Source: Candidatus Eiseniibacteriota bacterium
GTDB lineage: Bacteria; Eisenbacteria; RBG-16-71-46
Direction of reading: 5' to 3'
DNA: 17,808 bases
Assembly (NCBI GenBank): GCA_031366795.1
Contig: JANLOX010000085.1
Coordinates: forward strand, 1-17,808
Of the stretch, positions 15,151 through 17,808 are shown in pieces. The notes beneath the pieces were generated by a model. That model worked only from the letters and a program-made list of their open reading frames with translations. It was not told where the DNA came from and did not search any database. The position numbers and the translations under genes are program-made. Numbering within the stretch: the stretch's first letter is position 1; the number at the start of each line of letters is the position of its first letter.

Positions 15151-17589
15151 ATGAAACGTTTTCCCTTCAGCACGGTCGAGCCGCGCTGGCAACAGTACTG
15201 GGAGACGGCCAAGACGTTTCGCGCCGTCGACCGGTCACCGAAGCCCAAGTACTACTGCCTCGATTTCTTCCCGTACCCCTCGGGCTCGGGCCTGCATGTC
15301 GGCCACCTCGAGGGCTACACGGCGACGGACATCCTGTGCCGCTACAAGCGCATGAAGGGCTTCAACGTCATGCACTGCACCGGCTGGGACGCCTTCGGGC
15401 TGCCGGCCGAGGAGTACGCGCGCAAGACCGGCGTGCACCCTGCGATCACCACGCGCCAAAACATCGACACGTTCCGGCGCCAGATGAAGCGCGTCGGGCT
15501 GTCGCACGACTGGGACCGCGAGGTCGACACCACCGATCCTGAGTACTACCGCTGGACGCAGTGGATCTTCCTGCGGCTCTACGATCGCGGGCTGGCCTAC
15601 GTCGCCGAGGTGCCGGTCAACTGGTGCCCCGAGCTGGGGACGGTGCTGGCCAACGAGGAAGTCATCGACGGCAAGAGCGAGGTGGGTGGGTTCCCGGTGG
15701 TCCGCAAGCCGATGCGCCAATGGGTTCTGAAGATTACCGCTTACGCCGATCGCCTCTTGGAAGACTTGAAGCTCGTGGATTGGCCGGTGAGCACGCTCGA
15801 AATGCAGCGCAACTGGATCGGCCGCTCGATCGGCGCGGAAGTCGACTTTGCGCTCGAAGGCGGCAAGGCCAGCTTGCGCATCTTCACCACGCGACCCGAC
15901 ACGCTGTTCGGCGCCACCTACATGGTGCTGGCGCCCGAGCACGCGCTGGTCGACGCGGTCACGACCGCCGAGCAGCGCGCAGCCGTGACGGCGTACCGCG
16001 AGCAGACCACGCGCAAGAGTGACCTGCAGCGCCAGGAGCAAAGGGAAAAGACGGGAGTGTTCACCGGCGGCTACGCCCTCAATCCCGTCAATGGCGAACG
16101 CCTGCCGGTGTGGATCGCCGACTACGTGCTGATGGGCTACGGCACGGGAGCGATCATGGCCGTGCCGGCGCACGATGAGCGCGATTGGGAATTCGCCCAC
16201 ACGTTCCAGCTGCCGATGCGCGAAGTTGTCAGCGGCGGCAACATCGCCGAGGCCGCGTACGTCGATAACGAGAACGGCGTCGCCGTGAATTCTGCGACCG
16301 CCGATGCCCGCTTCTCGATCAATGGCATGCGCGGGAGGGAAGCGATCGAGAAGATCACCGCGTGGCTCGAGGCGTCCGGACGCGGCCGCAAGGCGATCAA
16401 CTACAAGCTGCGCGACTGGCTGTTCTCACGCCAGCGCTATTGGGGCGAACCCTTCCCGCTGGTGTGGGTCGACGGGGCGCCCAAGGCGCTTCCCGAACAC
16501 ATGCTGCCCGTGGTGTTGCCCGAAGCAGCAGACTTCAAGCCCTCAGGCCTCGGCGAGAGCCCGCTGGCGAACATCGCTGCGTGGGTCCACATGACCGATC
16601 CCGAGACCGGCAAGCCGGCGCGGCGTGAGACCAACACCATGCCGCAGTGGGCCGGATCGTGCTGGTACTACCTGCGCTTCATCGACCCGAAGAATTCGAA
16701 GCAACTGGTGGATCCCGAACTCGAGCGCTACTGGATGCCCGTCGATCTCTACGTGGGCGGCGCCGAGCATGCCGTGCTGCACCTGCTGTACGCGCGCTTC
16801 TGGCACAAGGTGCTGTACGACATTGGCGTGGTCAGCACGCTCGAGCCGTTCCTGAAACTGATCCACCAGGGCACGATCCTCGGCGAGGACGGCGTGAAGA
16901 TGTCCAAGTCGCTCGGCAATGTCGTGAGTCCCGACGACATGATCGACGCCTATGGCGCCGACGCCGTGAGGCTCTACGAAATGTTCATGGGTCCGCTCGA
17001 GGCCTCGAAGCCCTGGAACACCCAGAGCGTCGAGGGCATCACGCGATTCCTGGACCGTGTGTGGCGGCTGGTCGTCCACGAGGACGGCTCGCTGGCGGTC
17101 GCGGATGCCGATATCCCAGCGGCGGCGCAGCGCGTATTGCACCAGACCATTGCCAAGGTCGGCGACGATCTCGAGTCGCTTAAATTTAATACAGCAATTG
17201 CCCAGATGATGGTGTTCGTCAATGAGACCATGAAGCTCGAGGTCCGGCCACGCCGGATGCTCGAGCCGTTCGTGCTGGTGCTGGCGCCGTTCGCGCCGCA
17301 CCTGGCCGAGGAGCTGTGGTCACGGCTCGGCCATACGGAAACGCTGGCCTACGAACCGTGGCCCGCGCACGATCCGGCGCTGCTGGTCGAGGACACCGTC
17401 ACGGTGGCAGTGCAGGTCAACGGCAAGCTGCGCGCGACCCTGGAACTGCCCAGAGGCACGAACCAGGAAGTGACCCTGGCTGCCGCGATGGCCAACGAGC
17501 GGGTCCAGAGCTACCTGGAAGGTGGGGAGCTCAAGAAGGTGATCCACGTTCCGGACAAGCTGCTGAGCTTCGTGGTGGCTACCCGGTAG
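15151..17589 (+). CDS. leuS: Leucine--tRNA ligase
   Basis: [13 protein letters not shown] (HIGH), [19 protein letters not shown], editing domain [10 protein letters not shown] and [48 protein letters not shown]-terminal VQVNGKLR. Confidence 0.98.
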   Translation: MKRFPFSTVEPRWQQYWETAKTFRAVDRSPKPKYYCLDFFPYPSGSGLHVGHLEGYTATDILCRYKRMKGFNVMHCTGWDAFGLPAEEYARKTGVHPAITTRQNIDTFRRQMKRVGLSHDWDREVDTTDPEYYRWTQWIFLRLYDRGLAYVAEVPVNWCPELGTVLANEEVIDGKSEVGGFPVVRKPMRQWVLKITAYADRLLEDLKLVDWPVSTLEMQRNWIGRSIGAEVDFALEGGKASLRIFTTRPDTLFGATYMVLAPEHALVDAVTTAEQRAAVTAYREQTTRKSDLQRQEQREKTGVFTGGYALNPVNGERLPVWIADYVLMGYGTGAIMAVPAHDERDWEFAHTFQLPMREVVSGGNIAEAAYVDNENGVAVNSATADARFSINGMRGREAIEKITAWLEASGRGRKAINYKLRDWLFSRQRYWGEPFPLVWVDGAPKALPEHMLPVVLPEAADFKPSGLGESPLANIAAWVHMTDPETGKPARRETNTMPQWAGSCWYYLRFIDPKNSKQLVDPELERYWMPVDLYVGGAEHAVLHLLYARFWHKVLYDIGVVSTLEPFLKLIHQGTILGEDGVKMSKSLGNVVSPDDMIDAYGADAVRLYEMFMGPLEASKPWNTQSVEGITRFLDRVWRLVVHEDGSLAVADADIPAAAQRVLHQTIAKVGDDLESLKFNTAIAQMMVFVNETMKLEVRPRRMLEPFVLVLAPFAPHLAEELWSRLGHTETLAYEPWPAHDPALLVEDTVTVAVQVNGKLRATLELPRGTNQEVTLAAAMANERVQSYLEGGELKKVIHVPDKLLSFVVATR

Positions 17590-17613
17590 CCGGGCTGGCC
17601 AATCACCGGTGCT

Positions 17614-17641
17614 AGTTTACATAATGGTTCTTATGCGACAT
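17614..17641 (-). other. XerC/XerD dif-like recombination site
   Basis: Minus strand ATGTCGCATAA-GAACCA-TTATGTAAACT versus E. coli dif GGTGCGCATAA-TGTATA-TTATGTTAAAT: 11-6-11 layout with the inner CATAA/TTATG dyad conserved. Intergenic, 24 bp after the leuS stop. Confidence 0.75.
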
Positions 17642-17808
17642 GACCTAATCGGACAGGGAGTGCCGGAATCCATGAATTGGCCGGCTCTGAAACCCCCTCG
17701 GACCACGACCATCGCCACCTCCGCCGCCAGGACATGAACCATGTGCGCTGAAAAATCCGGTCATCGCTTTCGCGGTCGCGCCGAGCAGCGCGGCATGACC
17801 ATCAGCAT

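Noticed and set aside
17672..17808. Short or partial ORFs after the dif-like site, including a prepilin-like RGMT motif
   Set aside because: Too short and truncated to call, and the motif lacks the Glu at +5 typical of type IV prepilins.
1..17808. CRISPR arrays, IS elements, prophage or anti-phage defence genes
   Set aside because: No regularly spaced repeats and no transposase, integrase or nuclease motifs were seen. The candidate cGAMP synthase is a GGDEF, not a CD-NTase, and has no CBASS effector beside it.

Overview
GC-rich bacterial chromosomal window, probably from a diderm (it encodes LptE), with almost all genes on the + strand. Order: trpC (5'-truncated)-trpF-trpB with no trpA following; tRNA-Arg(CCG) with a sigma70 promoter; a UbiE/MenG-like methyltransferase with an extra two-TM tail; a consensus sigma54 promoter in front of a GAF-GGDEF gene; a three-gene amino-sugar module (Gfo/Idh/MocA oxidoreductase, hexapeptide acetyltransferase, DegT aminotransferase, resembling WbpB/D/E); a GAF-PAS histidine kinase and an NtrC-family sigma54 activator; lptE-holA; an opposite-strand arsR-acr3-arsC operon with a perfect 18-bp operator; leuS; and a XerC/D dif-like site 24 bp after leuS. 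The most interesting signal is the GGDEF enzyme. It carries the Asp-to-Ser change at the PleD D344 position plus the NYRY motif that mark Hypr (3',3'-cGAMP-producing) GGDEFs. It sits behind a sigma54 promoter, in the same locus as a sigma54 activator whose kinase has a Cys4 insert in its GAF domain. Together these suggest a candidate cGAMP signalling circuit linked to envelope glycan genes. All calls come from reading motifs by eye; no database searches or folding programs were run.
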